From an uncultured Eubacteriales bacterium (lineage in GTDB: Bacteria > Bacillota > Clostridia > Oscillospirales > CAG-272), in NCBI GenBank assembly GCA_900546695.1, contig URDX01000002.1, forward strand, positions 4,100 through 68,099: a stretch of 64,000 nt of DNA. The letters run 5' to 3'. Positions 17,403 through 30,807 of this stretch are shown one piece after another; within the stretch, counting starts at the first letter, position 1, and each line of letters starts with the position of its first letter. The position numbers were made by a program, and so were the translations under genes. Below the pieces are notes generated by a model, which was given only the letters and a program-made list of their open reading frames with translations, made no database searches and had not been told where the DNA came from.

Positions 17403-17712
17403 AGAATATCTCAGCTTTATTAAAGAGTAGCTGTCCGAGCTTGACAATGTCGCGTACCGCGCGATGATGGGGGAGTACATAATATATTATCGCGGAAAGA
17501 TTGTCGGCGGGATATATGACGACCGACTGCTCGTCAAGCCGACATGCTCGGCGCGCGGTTATATGCCGGATGCTGCTGCCGAACCGCCGTATGAAGGTGC
17601 AAAAGAGATGCTGCTTGTCGATAATGTCGACGACAGAGAATATCTTGCCGAGCTGTTCCGTGCGATGTATGATGAGCTCCCGATGCCGCGTAGCAGGGCG
17701 CGTCGTGGCTGA
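17389..17712 (+). pseudogene. TfoX N-terminal-domain protein interrupted by one in-frame TAG (17428-17430)
   Basis: ATG 17389 gives MASSKEYLSFIKE-TAG-LSELDNVAYRAMMGEYIIYYRGKIVGGIYDDRLLVKP... The reading frame is continuous apart from the amber codon. The ORF track only reports the part after it (17464..17712). Confidence 0.7.
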
Positions 17713-18240
17713 TAAAAGCGGCAGGTAAGTGCAGAATTAAAGCGGCTGAAAGGCGGCGGAAGAGAATACGGACGAGAAAAGCGGCTGAAAAAACAGCCGA
17801 AAAGAACGTAAGAAAATACGGCTGAGAAGAACGGCATGACGGCACACGCCCGTGCGGGCTGTGTACGTTGGCGGATGTAGCTTTGACTGTCTCGCGTCGG
17901 ATGCTATGCTCGCGGATGCGTTGACACGGTAGCTTAACAATGCAGTGAGTATGCCGTCGTGAACGAGGAAGAAAGCAGCATCAGCATCAGCATCAGTCAT
18001 GTTTATCTTCAGATGGCAGACGACGATGAGCTTATTCCCGACGGCGCATACGTGCCGTAGGGTTACGCTGACGGATTGTCCGCTTCGCGGAGCTTTTCGG
18101 TCTACCCGAGAACATGACAAAGAAATAAGAAACAAAACTACAGCTGCGGTTTGCACGGCTGTGGTTTTAAACGCCGGTGCGCTGCGAGGCGGCACTACGC
18201 GCGATTTTTTGCGTGTCACCTATTTGTCACATTTCGGCAC

Positions 18241-18269
18241 TTGAAATTCGGGGCACTTTATGATATACT
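18241..18269 (+). promoter_or_regulatory. Sigma-A promoter candidate (TTGAAA-17 nt-TGaTATACT)
   Basis: -35 at 18241-18246; extended -10 at 18261-18269. It lies 58 nt upstream of ATG 18327. Confidence 0.45.
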
Positions 18270-18326
18270 GTACTGTATTTTGGACAAATGTCTATATGAA
18301 TATAAATCGGATTCAGGAAGGCGATT

Positions 18327-20105
18327 ATGGAAGATAAATTTTTTGACAGCGATATGTTCGGCAGCGATTCTTCGGACGGCGACGATATCAGCTTTTCGTC
18401 AATGCTTTCCGCTATAAACGGAGACGGCGGAGACGAGGCGGACGGCGCTGCAGCGGATGCCGATGCGGCTGAGGATATCGGTGCGGCTGATGCCGACGAC
18501 GCTGTAACCGACGGCGGATATGACGACGGCGATGCGGGTGAACATGACGAGTTCCCGCCCGATACCGAGGACGAGTCGGACGATGAATTTCTCGGCGATG
18601 AGTCGGCGGCTTCCGCACAGGATGCGCGGGACTGTGCGGCTGACGCTGCGGAGCAATACGGGGCGCAGGATGCCGCGGACGGCGCTTATGAGGCTGACGG
18701 GAGCGATGCCGCATATGCAGATGCCGAGACGGACGATACATATGCAGGCGACCCCGATGATGCGTATGCGGAAAATTCCGATGCTGTCTACGCAGACGGT
18801 GCGTCGGGCGACTATGATGATGCTGCCGACGATGCGGTAAACGACTGTGATGAGTCGAGTGCCGACGATGTGACGGAAGAATACGGCGAAGCGGATACTG
18901 CGGCGGATGAAGCTACTGCAGACAGCGGATATGCGGCGGAGCCGACATATGAAGCGCCCGCAGCGCCGAAGGCTGTTCCGCTCTCCGCGCTGCACCGAGA
19001 TGCGGAGCTGAGCACGGGTCACGGCAGGCGCAGCAAGGGCAAGCGCAGAAAGTCGGCAGAGCCTAAGAAAAAGCTCACCCCCGGCTGCGTCGTCAGACGC
19101 ATTCTTGCGTCGGTGCTTGCGGCGGTCATTATTGCGGTATATCTTGTGCTGACGGTGATTTTCGTTCTTGTAAAGGGACCTTCACCGAGCGCGAAGCGCC
19201 TGTTCGTGCTGTCGGTCAAGGAGACGAGCGCGGCGGGCTTTCTCGCAAACATATTCCTGCCTGACGACGAAGTGGACGCAATTCTCGCGGCGCAGGAGCA
19301 GTCGGCGGCAGGTAACGATGAGACTACCGATTCGTCGCTCATCAGCATCGACAAAAAGCCCGAAACGGACGCCGCTCAGTCGGATGTTCCCGCAAATGCC
19401 GAGCCCGAGGATCCGGGCGACGGCATCGAGATAATAGAGGTAAAGAAGGAAAGCTTCAACGGCATTATCATGAAGATAGCCGACCCGAAGCGCGTTTTCC
19501 TCGGCGTGCCCGACACCTACGGCGAGACTGCAGTCGGACTTACTCTCCGTCAGATGGCGGCTAAATACGGCGCGCTCGGCGGCATAAATGCAGGCGGCTT
19601 CTATGACCCGAACGGCAGCGGCAAGGGTGGTATTCCCGACGGTCTCGTCATAAACGACGGCGAGCTCATCTGGGGCAACGCGACGACCGCATACAACGTT
19701 ATCGGCTTTGACGGCGACGGTATTCTGCACGTCGGAAGCATGACGGGCAACACCGCGCTTTCGCTCGGTATAAAATATGCCTGCTGCTTCGGTCCGACCC
19801 TTGTCGTTAACGGCAAGGCGTGCAACGCGCGCGGCTCGCTCGGCGGCGGAATGAACCCCCGTACGGCGATTGGACAGACGGCTGACGGCAGTGTTCTCTT
19901 TGTGGTCATTAACGGCAGAAGCCTCGGCAGCCTCGGTGCGACATACGACGACCTGACCGACCTGCTCATCGAGTACGGTGCGGTAAACGGCTCGAATCTC
20001 GACGGCGGCTCATCCTCGCTGCTGCTATACAACGGCGAGCTGCTTAATGTCAGCGCGTCGGTTATCGGCGAGCGAGAATTGCCGACCGCATTTCTTGTCA
20101 AATAA
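18327..20105 (+). CDS. Membrane-anchored phosphodiester glycosidase-family protein (DUF2233/NAGPA-like) with a long acidic N-terminal region
   Basis: About 200 aa of D/A/E/Y-rich low complexity, a basic stretch, one TM helix, then GGINAGGF, NPRTAIGQ and NLDGGSSS typical of the family. Confidence 0.7.
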   Translation: MEDKFFDSDMFGSDSSDGDDISFSSMLSAINGDGGDEADGAAADADAAEDIGAADADDAVTDGGYDDGDAGEHDEFPPDTEDESDDEFLGDESAASAQDARDCAADAAEQYGAQDAADGAYEADGSDAAYADAETDDTYAGDPDDAYAENSDAVYADGASGDYDDAADDAVNDCDESSADDVTEEYGEADTAADEATADSGYAAEPTYEAPAAPKAVPLSALHRDAELSTGHGRRSKGKRRKSAEPKKKLTPGCVVRRILASVLAAVIIAVYLVLTVIFVLVKGPSPSAKRLFVLSVKETSAAGFLANIFLPDDEVDAILAAQEQSAAGNDETTDSSLISIDKKPETDAAQSDVPANAEPEDPGDGIEIIEVKKESFNGIIMKIADPKRVFLGVPDTYGETAVGLTLRQMAAKYGALGGINAGGFYDPNGSGKGGIPDGLVINDGELIWGNATTAYNVIGFDGDGILHVGSMTGNTALSLGIKYACCFGPTLVVNGKACNARGSLGGGMNPRTAIGQTADGSVLFVVINGRSLGSLGATYDDLTDLLIEYGAVNGSNLDGGSSSLLLYNGELLNVSASVIGERELPTAFLVK

Positions 20106-20458
20106 AATCGTCCGGACCGAAAAAGCGAAAACAAGTTGAGTTTATCATTCTTTCATATGTCCCATATGGCGAGAAAGGAGTCGGAATCCTGACGGATTCC
20201 TGCTTAAGGTTTAATGTTTTCGCTTTTTCTGCGCCCGATTTCGCCGCGCGACGTACGCTTGTACGCCTTGCGCGACGAAATCGAACACTCCAAACGATTT
20301 TATCTCTCCCCTTTGCAGGGAGGCTAAAAAAGCGCAGACCACAACCCGTCTCTGCCGTACGCTTGTACGGCGACGAGTTGCGTTTCGACGCTTCTGCATC
20401 TTTTTTATCTCTCCCTGCGACGGTTCGACAAAATCGTCCGGACCGAAAAAGCGAAAAT
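20103..20458 (-). repeat. Copy A of a dispersed structured repeat family (inverted relative to copies B/C), bounded by 28-bp direct repeats
   Basis: aaaatcgtccggaccgaaaaagcgaaaa occurs at 20105-20132 and 20430-20457. The interior (reverse complement) carries two ggagagataaaa + GTAC-AAGC-GTAC hairpin modules and ggtctgcgcttttttagcc, shared with 35283-35529 and 52640-52849. Confidence 0.75.
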
Positions 20459-20503
20459 GAGTTATTTTAGGAAAGGCAGCTTTCGCGAGGCGGAAGCGAC
20501 GGT

Positions 20504-22201
20504 ATGAACGTGAAAAATTCCGAAAAGAAGCGTATGCCGCTGTTCTGGCGCATATTTCTTATAGTTTCGCTCGTGCTCGTTCTGCTTATAACGGCGGGCG
20601 GATTCGTGTTTGCACGGTATATGAGCGAGTATGAAGCGTCGCGCATCGAGACGGTGCTCGACAATTTCAAGGATGAATACGACCTTGACCGCCTTGCGGT
20701 AGTTATTGCCGAGAATCTACCCTCCGACTGCGGAAAATTCCTGTCGGCGGAGCAGACGGTCAGCAGTCTTATCATGCCCGCGCTCGGCGATGATTACATC
20801 TGCACAAAGCGGGTCGGCGAGTACACCGACGACAAGCCCGTCTACACCGTGATGATAGGTGAGCGGGAGATCGGGCGTGTTTCGTTTGAAAAGACGGGGA
20901 GCAGCTTCTTCGGCTTTGACGAATGGAGCGAAGGAAAGCTCGAATATACGGGCGACTTCTCCGACATGCACTACGACAGCTTTTATATCAAGGTTCCCGG
21001 CGGTGCGACGGTCACGCTCGCGGGCTCGCAGCTGTCGGGCACGTATAACCGCGGCTCGGAGAAGTATGCGGGAGCATGTGCCGAGCTTGAGGACCCGAAA
21101 AAGATGCCGCTGTGCGATCTTTATGAGGTCGGAGAGGGCTATGACGGCTTTCTCCCGGCGGTAAAATACAACGGCGCAGAGCTGACGGTGCTCTCGGATA
21201 CAAAGACCGACGGCGTACGCACGCTCGCCTACTCGCTCCCCGAGAGCTCGCTGCACACCCTCACCGTGACCGTTCCCGAGGGCTCTGCCGTCTATCTCGG
21301 CGACACCCTTGCGGGCGACAAGTTTATATCGGATGAGAAGGTCGAGCTCAGCGGACTCTCAGAGTGGAATGCGGCGGCAGCGGAGCAGCCGAAGTTTGTA
21401 AAATATGTTTTCCCCGGACTGGTTTCCGAGCTTACTCCCACCGCAAAATCCGCTAAGGGCGCGTCGCTTACCCCTGCGGGCGAAAATGATGCGCATACCG
21501 ATTACGTCTTTGACGTTCCCGCAGAAGAACTCATCACCGCGAAGATAAACGCCCCCGACGGCGGTACAGTCACCGTCAACGGCATAAAGCTCACCGACGC
21601 GCAGCTGGTCAGCCGCGAATCGGTATGTCAGGAGATCGACGCGATAAGCAAGTTTATCACAAACCCCAAAACAACCACCCTCTACGAGGTGTCTGGGCTC
21701 TATCTCCTGCCCGAGGTCACTATTACCGACGCGAGCGGAGCGGAGCTGACCGTCGAGTGCGAGGACAGCTCGTTTACCTATGCAAAGGAGCCCTCCGAGC
21801 AGCTTAAGACAGAGCATGAACAGTATGTTACCAGGTTCGTCGACGGCTATATCAAGTACTATACCGACGGCGCATCGCGCATAGCAGCAAACTATCAGAG
21901 TCTTATTCTCCCTTATCTGCAGCCGGGAAGCGTCGCTTACAGCTATCTGTCTACTGTGTACAGCTCGCTTGCATGGACGGGCAGATGCACTATATACGAT
22001 AAGCAGATAAAGACCTACGACTATCAGTCATGGGGCGACAATGCCTTCTCCTGCAAGATAGATTTTGACCTCTCGTTCTATTCTTCAAACTCCGAGCAGG
22101 ATACCGAGGAGCATGTACGCGCATGGCAGCTCTACTTTGTAAATACCACGGGCGGTGCAAACGGCTGGCGGATAGCAAAGATGGTTTTTGACGCAGAATA
22201 A
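20504..22201 (+). CDS. Hypothetical membrane-anchored extracytoplasmic protein
   Basis: 565 aa with an N-terminal TM (LFWRIFLIVSLVLVLLITAGGFVF). No domain recognised. Confidence 0.6.
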   Translation: MNVKNSEKKRMPLFWRIFLIVSLVLVLLITAGGFVFARYMSEYEASRIETVLDNFKDEYDLDRLAVVIAENLPSDCGKFLSAEQTVSSLIMPALGDDYICTKRVGEYTDDKPVYTVMIGEREIGRVSFEKTGSSFFGFDEWSEGKLEYTGDFSDMHYDSFYIKVPGGATVTLAGSQLSGTYNRGSEKYAGACAELEDPKKMPLCDLYEVGEGYDGFLPAVKYNGAELTVLSDTKTDGVRTLAYSLPESSLHTLTVTVPEGSAVYLGDTLAGDKFISDEKVELSGLSEWNAAAAEQPKFVKYVFPGLVSELTPTAKSAKGASLTPAGENDAHTDYVFDVPAEELITAKINAPDGGTVTVNGIKLTDAQLVSRESVCQEIDAISKFITNPKTTTLYEVSGLYLLPEVTITDASGAELTVECEDSSFTYAKEPSEQLKTEHEQYVTRFVDGYIKYYTDGASRIAANYQSLILPYLQPGSVAYSYLSTVYSSLAWTGRCTIYDKQIKTYDYQSWGDNAFSCKIDFDLSFYSSNSEQDTEEHVRAWQLYFVNTTGGANGWRIAKMVFDAE

Positions 22202-22619
22202 ACAGGTCGATCTGTGCGGTCGGACCCGCAAAACAGCCGTAAGGGCAGCGAATGAGGTGCTTCTATGAAAAAGCGCTTTCGTTCGCTGCCCTTGTATGTT
22301 ATGATGCTGTTTGCTGCTTGTCTCCGCGGCATGCTGCCGAGTACGATTGCTTCGGTGACTGCGCGGGGTCGCAGACAGCAGCCGTGCGGCTGCCTTATCG
22401 CCCTGATGCGCTTTGCGATAGGGCATTTTATGACCGTGCGGCGTGGTTCAGGATAAAATTAGGTATGCACCGAACAGCCCCCCTCTTTGCTCAGGACATG
22501 ATACAGGCGTTACTGCACAGGATGCTCGGAAAAAGTATAAATTATATGCGCAGATTTTAGTCCATGTAGTTTATGTAATTTTAACACAAATGCCTATATA
22601 ATGCAAGTGTAATTTAACT

Positions 22620-22967
22620 ATGGGGGATAATATGCCTGATTACTATCTGATCGGTCAGAATATAAGAAAATTCCGTAAAGCAAAAGGTCTGTCGCAGGAG
22701 TCGCTTGCCGAGCAGATCGGGATATCGACCACTCATATGAGTCATATCGAAACAGGAAACACAAAGCTCAGTCTGCCGGTGCTGATAAAGCTGTCTCAGA
22801 TACTCGAGGTATCGACCGACAGCATGATATTCGGCGAGTCGGGAAACGACGCGGCGGTTGCCGACAGGTGCATAGCCGAGATGCTGGAAGGTACAAGCGT
22901 CGGACAGCGTCGGGTGATAGGTGAGGTCATCGCCGCGGTAAGGACCGCGATGGATAAATATCTTTGA
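22620..22967 (+). CDS. XRE-family HTH transcriptional regulator
   Basis: LSQESLAEQIGISTTHMSHIETGNTKLSL is the HTH. A more likely start is ATG 22632, 4 nt after GGGGGA. Confidence 0.8.
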   Translation: MGDNMPDYYLIGQNIRKFRKAKGLSQESLAEQIGISTTHMSHIETGNTKLSLPVLIKLSQILEVSTDSMIFGESGNDAAVADRCIAEMLEGTSVGQRRVIGEVIAAVRTAMDKYL

Positions 22968-23048
22968 TTTGCTGCGTCGCGGCAGACGTATATAGTTGTG
23001 CCGCGTGTGTTTTCTCCGCAGTCGACCGCCGCAGCTGCGTGATTGCAA

Positions 23049-23732
23049 TCAGCCCTGCCGTGTCTGCCCGTCGACGCGCTCGCGCTTCAGCGGTGCGGCA
23101 TCGCCGCAGACGTAGTACAGCAGCGCACAGCCGTCGGATACCGTTATCTCTGCGCGGCAGCCGATATATGAATTGCTCACACCTATCGGAAAATCGTCGG
23201 TTATCTCTCCGTTTTCAAGGGTGTATTTTAGCCCCGAGATTGTAACGCCGCGTACGCTGCGCTCGAGTGCAAAAAGCGAAACCTCTCCACTCGTGCGTGA
23301 GGGAAGAGTAACGCGCTCGCCCGACAGCACGGTCATCGCGCAGCCGCTGCCGTACAGATAGCCGCAGCCGCCGCGCTCGGTTATGAATCGCAGGGTCTGT
23401 ATATTCGCCAGCGTATGGTCGAGCCTCCCGCCTGTGCCGCCGAACATATGTATCTCGCGGCAGCCGCGCGAGAGCGCGAGCCGCACCGCAGCAAGCATGT
23501 CGGTGTCGTCTTTTTCTATCGGCAGCTGCACCGCGCCTACTCCGTCGGGGCGCTCGGAGGAATCGTAATCGCCGATGTATATGTCGGGCGTGATGCCTAT
23601 CGAATCGAGATATTTATATCCGCCGTCCGCCGCTATCACGAGACTGTCGGCGCATAGCGCGCAGGGCTGCGGGGAGTCGGTGTAATCGCCCGCGCCGAAG
23701 ATGAGACAGCGGGCGGTATTGTTCTTATCCAT
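23049..23732 (-). CDS. thiN: Thiamine pyrophosphokinase
   Basis: LIFGAGDY, IAADGG, GDYDS, KDDTDM and GGTGGRLDHTLANI are present. Confidence 0.8.
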   Translation of the reverse strand: MDKNNTARCLIFGAGDYTDSPQPCALCADSLVIAADGGYKYLDSIGITPDIYIGDYDSSERPDGVGAVQLPIEKDDTDMLAAVRLALSRGCREIHMFGGTGGRLDHTLANIQTLRFITERGGCGYLYGSGCAMTVLSGERVTLPSRTSGEVSLFALERSVRGVTISGLKYTLENGEITDDFPIGVSNSYIGCRAEITVSDGCALLYYVCGDAAPLKRERVDGQTRQG

Positions 23733-24050
23733 ATTTTAAACCTCTCTTTCGGGTGGATATATTCTACCACAAAAAGACGCGGCTGTGAACGGCTTTCGGA
23801 GATTTTTTTCGCGCGGCGCTTTTTCTCGCGCGGCGGGCGGTGCCGTTTTTTTCGGCTTTGGGTAATTTTTTGCGCCCCTGCGCATCTGAATTTCCCGTCT
23901 ACTTGTATACGGCGCAAAAATGTGTTATAATCTGTACGGTGTGCGGTGTGATCCGCCGTGCAGCCGTAACGTCATGCGGCGGGCTCGCCGCGCAAGAATA
24001 CAAAATACTGCACAAGGATGGTCCGTGCGTCGGCGCGGGCAAATAATGTG

Positions 24051-24836
24051 ATGAAGAATATTATCAAAAAAACTGCAAATGCGGTCCGCGCGGCGGGCGG
24101 TGTGCCCCGTCCCGAGGATTATTTCTGCTCGGCTGTCATAGTCGCGGCGGGCTCAGGCACGCGCATGGGCAGCACACGGACAAAGCAGATGACCGAGCTG
24201 TGCGGAAAGCCCGTTGTCGTGCATACGCTGCTCGCTTTTCAGGCGTGCGAGGCGGTCAAGGAAATAATCGTCGTTGCGCGCGAGGATGAGCTCGGCGCGT
24301 ATGCGGAGTTTGAAAAAACATACGGGCTGACTAAGCTCAGACAGGTTGTGCCGGGCGGCGCAAACCGTCAGAAGTCGGTAATGCTCGGCACAAAGGTGCT
24401 CTCCTACCGCTCGGAATATGTTGCGATACACGACGGCGCACGGTGTCTCATCACCCCCGACGAGATAACCGAGGTGCTGCGTCAGGCTTGCATATACGGC
24501 GCAGCCGCGGCGGCGGAGGTGATGACCGACACGGTAAAGCGCTGCGACGACCGCGGCTTTGTCACCGAGACGGTGGACCGCAGTGCGCTCATGCGCGCGC
24601 AGACCCCGCAGTGCTTCAAGACGAGTTTGTATCTCGCGTCGGCATATACGGCGGAGCGTGACGGCTTTGAGGCGACCGATGACTGCTCGGTAGCGGAGCA
24701 CGCGGGCTTTCCCGTGCGTATGGTCGACTGCGGCAGGACAAACATGAAGATAACAACGCCCGAGGACCTTGTCATAGCGCGGGCGCTGCTCACATCGCGT
24801 AATCTCACGGCACGCGCCGCGGATTCGCATAATTGA
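24051..24836 (+). CDS. ispD: 2-C-methyl-D-erythritol 4-phosphate cytidylyltransferase
   Basis: [12 protein letters not shown]...TKQ...GKPVVVHTL is the IspD N-terminal signature. The start is uncertain (24018/24048/24051). Confidence 0.85.
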   Translation: MKNIIKKTANAVRAAGGVPRPEDYFCSAVIVAAGSGTRMGSTRTKQMTELCGKPVVVHTLLAFQACEAVKEIIVVAREDELGAYAEFEKTYGLTKLRQVVPGGANRQKSVMLGTKVLSYRSEYVAIHDGARCLITPDEITEVLRQACIYGAAAAAEVMTDTVKRCDDRGFVTETVDRSALMRAQTPQCFKTSLYLASAYTAERDGFEATDDCSVAEHAGFPVRMVDCGRTNMKITTPEDLVIARALLTSRNLTARAADSHN

Positions 24837-24852
24837 TGATCGGAGAGACAGC

Positions 24853-25344
24853 ATGAATATTATACCGAGAATAGGACACGGCTACGACGTTCACCGTCTG
24901 ACAGAGGGCAGGGCGTTGATACTCGGCGGGGTAAGGATAGACTACCCGCTCGGTCTGCTCGGACATTCGGATGCGGACGTGCTGACCCACGCGGTGATGG
25001 ATGCACTGCTCGGTGCGGCTGCGCTCGGCGATATAGGACAGCACTTTCCCGATACGAGCGAGCGCTACCGCGGGGCGGACAGCATGGTGCTTGCATCTGA
25101 GGTCGTGCGTATGCTCGGCGATGCGGGCTACACCGTCTGCAATATTGACGCTACGCTGCTCGCGCAGAAGCCGAAGCTCGCGCCGTATATCCCCGCGATG
25201 CGCAGCCGTCTGTCGGAGGTGCTCGGCATCCCGCTCGATGCCGTCTCGATAAAGGCAACGACCGAGGAAGGTCTCGGCTTTACGGGCAGCGGCGAGGGTA
25301 TGGCATGTCATGCCGTCGCGCTCATCTACCCGAGCGAAAGCTAA
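24853..25344 (+). CDS. ispF: 2-C-methyl-D-erythritol 2,4-cyclodiphosphate synthase
   Basis: [20 protein letters not shown] and GDIGQHFPD are present. Confidence 0.9.
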   Translation: MNIIPRIGHGYDVHRLTEGRALILGGVRIDYPLGLLGHSDADVLTHAVMDALLGAAALGDIGQHFPDTSERYRGADSMVLASEVVRMLGDAGYTVCNIDATLLAQKPKLAPYIPAMRSRLSEVLGIPLDAVSIKATTEEGLGFTGSGEGMACHAVALIYPSES

Positions 25345-25599
25345 TCGGGCAAAAAGTAAATAGAGCGAAAATAATAAAAAAGTCCGTCCCCGCCGAGCAT
25401 AGCTCGACGGAGACGGTATATATGAGGCATCACCGCGGGCATGGCGACAATCCGACATCCCGCACTTTCACCGTCCGTTGCCTCGCGGTAGGATGCGGAG
25501 ATTTCCGTGCCGCCTTTATCAATGTATGCCGACGGCTGCTTTTGGTGAATGCGCGGCGCGCTCCGCACGTCAAAAAAGAAATCGGAAAGGATACATATC

Positions 25600-26262
25600 A
25601 TGAACAAGAAAATGACTCTTTCGCCCTCCGCGCTCTCCTGTGATTTTTCGCATCTCGGAGAGGATGTCCGCCGCGTCGAACAGGCAGGGGCGGAGTATCT
25701 TCATCTCGACGTTATGGACGGCGTTTTCGTGCCGAATATCAGCTTCGGACCCTGCGTCATTTCCTCGCTGCGGAGCGCATCGGGGCTTGTGTTTGACGTT
25801 CATCTGATGATAACCGACCCCATCCGCTATATCCCGCAGTTTGTCAAGGCGGGAGCGGATATCATAACGATTCATGTCGAGGCGACCGACGACCCCGTAG
25901 CCGCACTCCGCGCGATACGCGAGGCGGGCGTTCGCTGCTGCATCTCTGTAAAGCCGGCAACCCCCGTGTCGGCGATAGAGCAGTATCTGCCGATGCTCGA
26001 TATGGTGCTTGTCATGAGCGTTGAGCCGGGCTTCGGCGGTCAGAAATTTATGCCCGAGACGCTTGAGCATGTGCGCGAGCTTGTACGTCTGCGCTCCGAG
26101 CTTGGACTTGATTACGATATCGAGATAGACGGCGGTATCAACCGCGACAACATTAAGCAGGTCGTGGATGCGGGCGTGAATGTCGTTGTTGCGGGCTCCG
26201 CAGTGTTCGGAAAGCCCGACATAACCGAGGCGGTCAGGGAGCTGCGCGAGGCTGCCGTCTGA
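25600..26262 (+). CDS. rpe: Ribulose-phosphate 3-epimerase
   Basis: LSPSALSCDF, HLDVMDGVFVPNISFG, MSVEPGFGGQKF and DGGIN are present. ATG 25600 gives the normal length of about 220 aa. Confidence 0.9.
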   Translation: MNKKMTLSPSALSCDFSHLGEDVRRVEQAGAEYLHLDVMDGVFVPNISFGPCVISSLRSASGLVFDVHLMITDPIRYIPQFVKAGADIITIHVEATDDPVAALRAIREAGVRCCISVKPATPVSAIEQYLPMLDMVLVMSVEPGFGGQKFMPETLEHVRELVRLRSELGLDYDIEIDGGINRDNIKQVVDAGVNVVVAGSAVFGKPDITEAVRELREAAV

Positions 26263-26393
26263 CGTGATGTCGGTACGGCGGTAGCTGCTGCGGCGTGTGA
26301 GCGCGCTTTGACGTGCTCTGTCCGACGCGGACCGCTGCACCGATATTTTTCCCTGAGGGCTGTTACCGATTTTTTCAAAAAAAGGAGCGGAAT

Positions 26394-26811
26394 ATGAGTT
26401 CGATATGCGGAGCAAACTGTGACGAATGCAGAGCGCGCGACGATTGCCGCGGCTGCTCGGAGACCTGCGGCAGACCCTTCGGCGGCAGATGCATTGCGGC
26501 GGAATACATAAAGACGGGCGGCGCGGCGGCTTATCGCGAGTTCAGACAGAAGCTGCTCGACGAGGTAAACGAGCTGCTGCGCGCGGAGGGATTACCGTCT
26601 GCGCTCGCGCTGTATGAGCTGCCGGGTCAGTATGTCAATCTTGAATATCCGACGCCCGGCGGCGAGCACATCCGTCTGCTCAGCGACCGCGATGTTTATC
26701 TCGGAACGCAGATAGAGTTCGCCGACCTCGGTGTCTGCTACGGCGTTGTTGCGGGCACGGGATTCATTCTCATATGCAGCTACAGCCGCGACGGCAGCGA
26801 TCCCGAGATAG

Positions 26812-26831
<20 letters not shown>
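26394..26831 (+). CDS. Cys-rich DUF3795-like protein
   Basis: CGANCDECRARDDCRGCSETCG is an N-terminal Cys cluster. ATG 26394 follows AAAGGAG. Confidence 0.55.
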
Positions 26832-29877
<3,046 letters not shown>

Positions 29878-29995
29878 AAAAGAATGAAAAAACCGAAAAG
29901 GAGAAAACAAAAAGGAAGAAAGCGACGGGCGCTTCCCGATGTCGCCGCAGCGGTTGCGCGGAGACTGCATAAGCCGTATAACAATATAATACAAA

Positions 29996-30041
29996 CCGAC
30001 CGAATCACGGTGATTTTAACACGTGATTCGGTCGGCTTTTG
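29996..30041 (+). terminator. Rho-independent terminator
   Basis: 14-bp perfect arms ccgaccgaatcacg (29996-30009) and cgtgattcggtcgg (30022-30035), followed by cttttg. Confidence 0.7.
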
Positions 30042-30519
30042 TGTAGGCCTTTAGATTCGCATTGAAAATGATTAGTGACGCTGACACGCGGTGTAAGCAT
30101 TGCTGTGCGCGCTGTGCGAGCTTTACGGCGCAACCGCCGCAGCGGAGCACCGGCGGCGCGCCCTCGCAACGTCTGCCGCTGCGCCCCCTGCGATGTCCCC
30201 CCGCTGCCCACCGCAGGAAATCTTCGCAGTGCTTCCCGCAATGCACCCCTGCGGGCATTCCCGCAGCGCCCCACCATACAGCCCTACGCAACGCCTACTG
30301 CGGCGAAACTTCTGTGCTGCAATTACTGTGCCGCAGGGAGAATTCGGACCGATACGGTCGGATTCGGGCGATTGAGACGGGATTTTGCGATGGAAAAACG
30401 GTCGTTATTTGTTTTCCGAACGTGTGCTGTTAGGGCATCGTGAGTTAACAATCGCGGCGCGTTCGGGAGAAAATGTGAAAATAATGCCTTTACGAAGCAA
30501 CAATATTCCAAAAAAGCTG

Positions 30520-30548
30520 TTGACAATACGGAAATTTTGTGATAGAAT
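30520..30548 (+). promoter_or_regulatory. Strong sigma-A promoter (TTGACA-17 nt-TGaTAGAAT) with no intact gene behind it
   Basis: -35 at 30520-30525; extended -10 at 30540-30548. Two hairpins follow, at 30563-30602 and 30615-30630. Confidence 0.55.
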
Positions 30549-30807
30549 CGAATCGCGGATAGAAATGGAAGTGATTCGACGTCAAATCACAAGATTCCAT
30601 TTACTTCTTCATATCGACAGTCGGCTGTCGGTTTGTATCGTTCTTCCTTCGTTTCGGGAAAATGAAAAGGTTAAAAGCAGTAACAGCGGGAGTGCATCGG
30701 CATAGTATATATACAGAGTCGTGCCGCATTGCTGCGCGTGTGCCGAAAAATGTCCGAGCTCCGAGTATTACGGACCTCTTATTCTCGGCGCGTTGTGAGG
30801 TTAGGCT

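Noticed and set aside
17737-18219. 160-aa minus-strand ORF and other ORFs in the 17720-18320 spacer
   Set aside because: No SD and low-complexity, odd composition. The region contains purine-rich aaagcggctgaaa repeats and looks non-coding.
30040-30450. Overlapping ORFs (30062..30433, 30075..30443, 30100..30375, and minus-strand ones) as real genes
   Set aside because: All frames are open because of high GC and recurrent ccgcag/ctgcgg motifs. The products are Arg/Ala/Pro-rich with no SD or motif. The stretch is treated as non-coding or decayed sequence.
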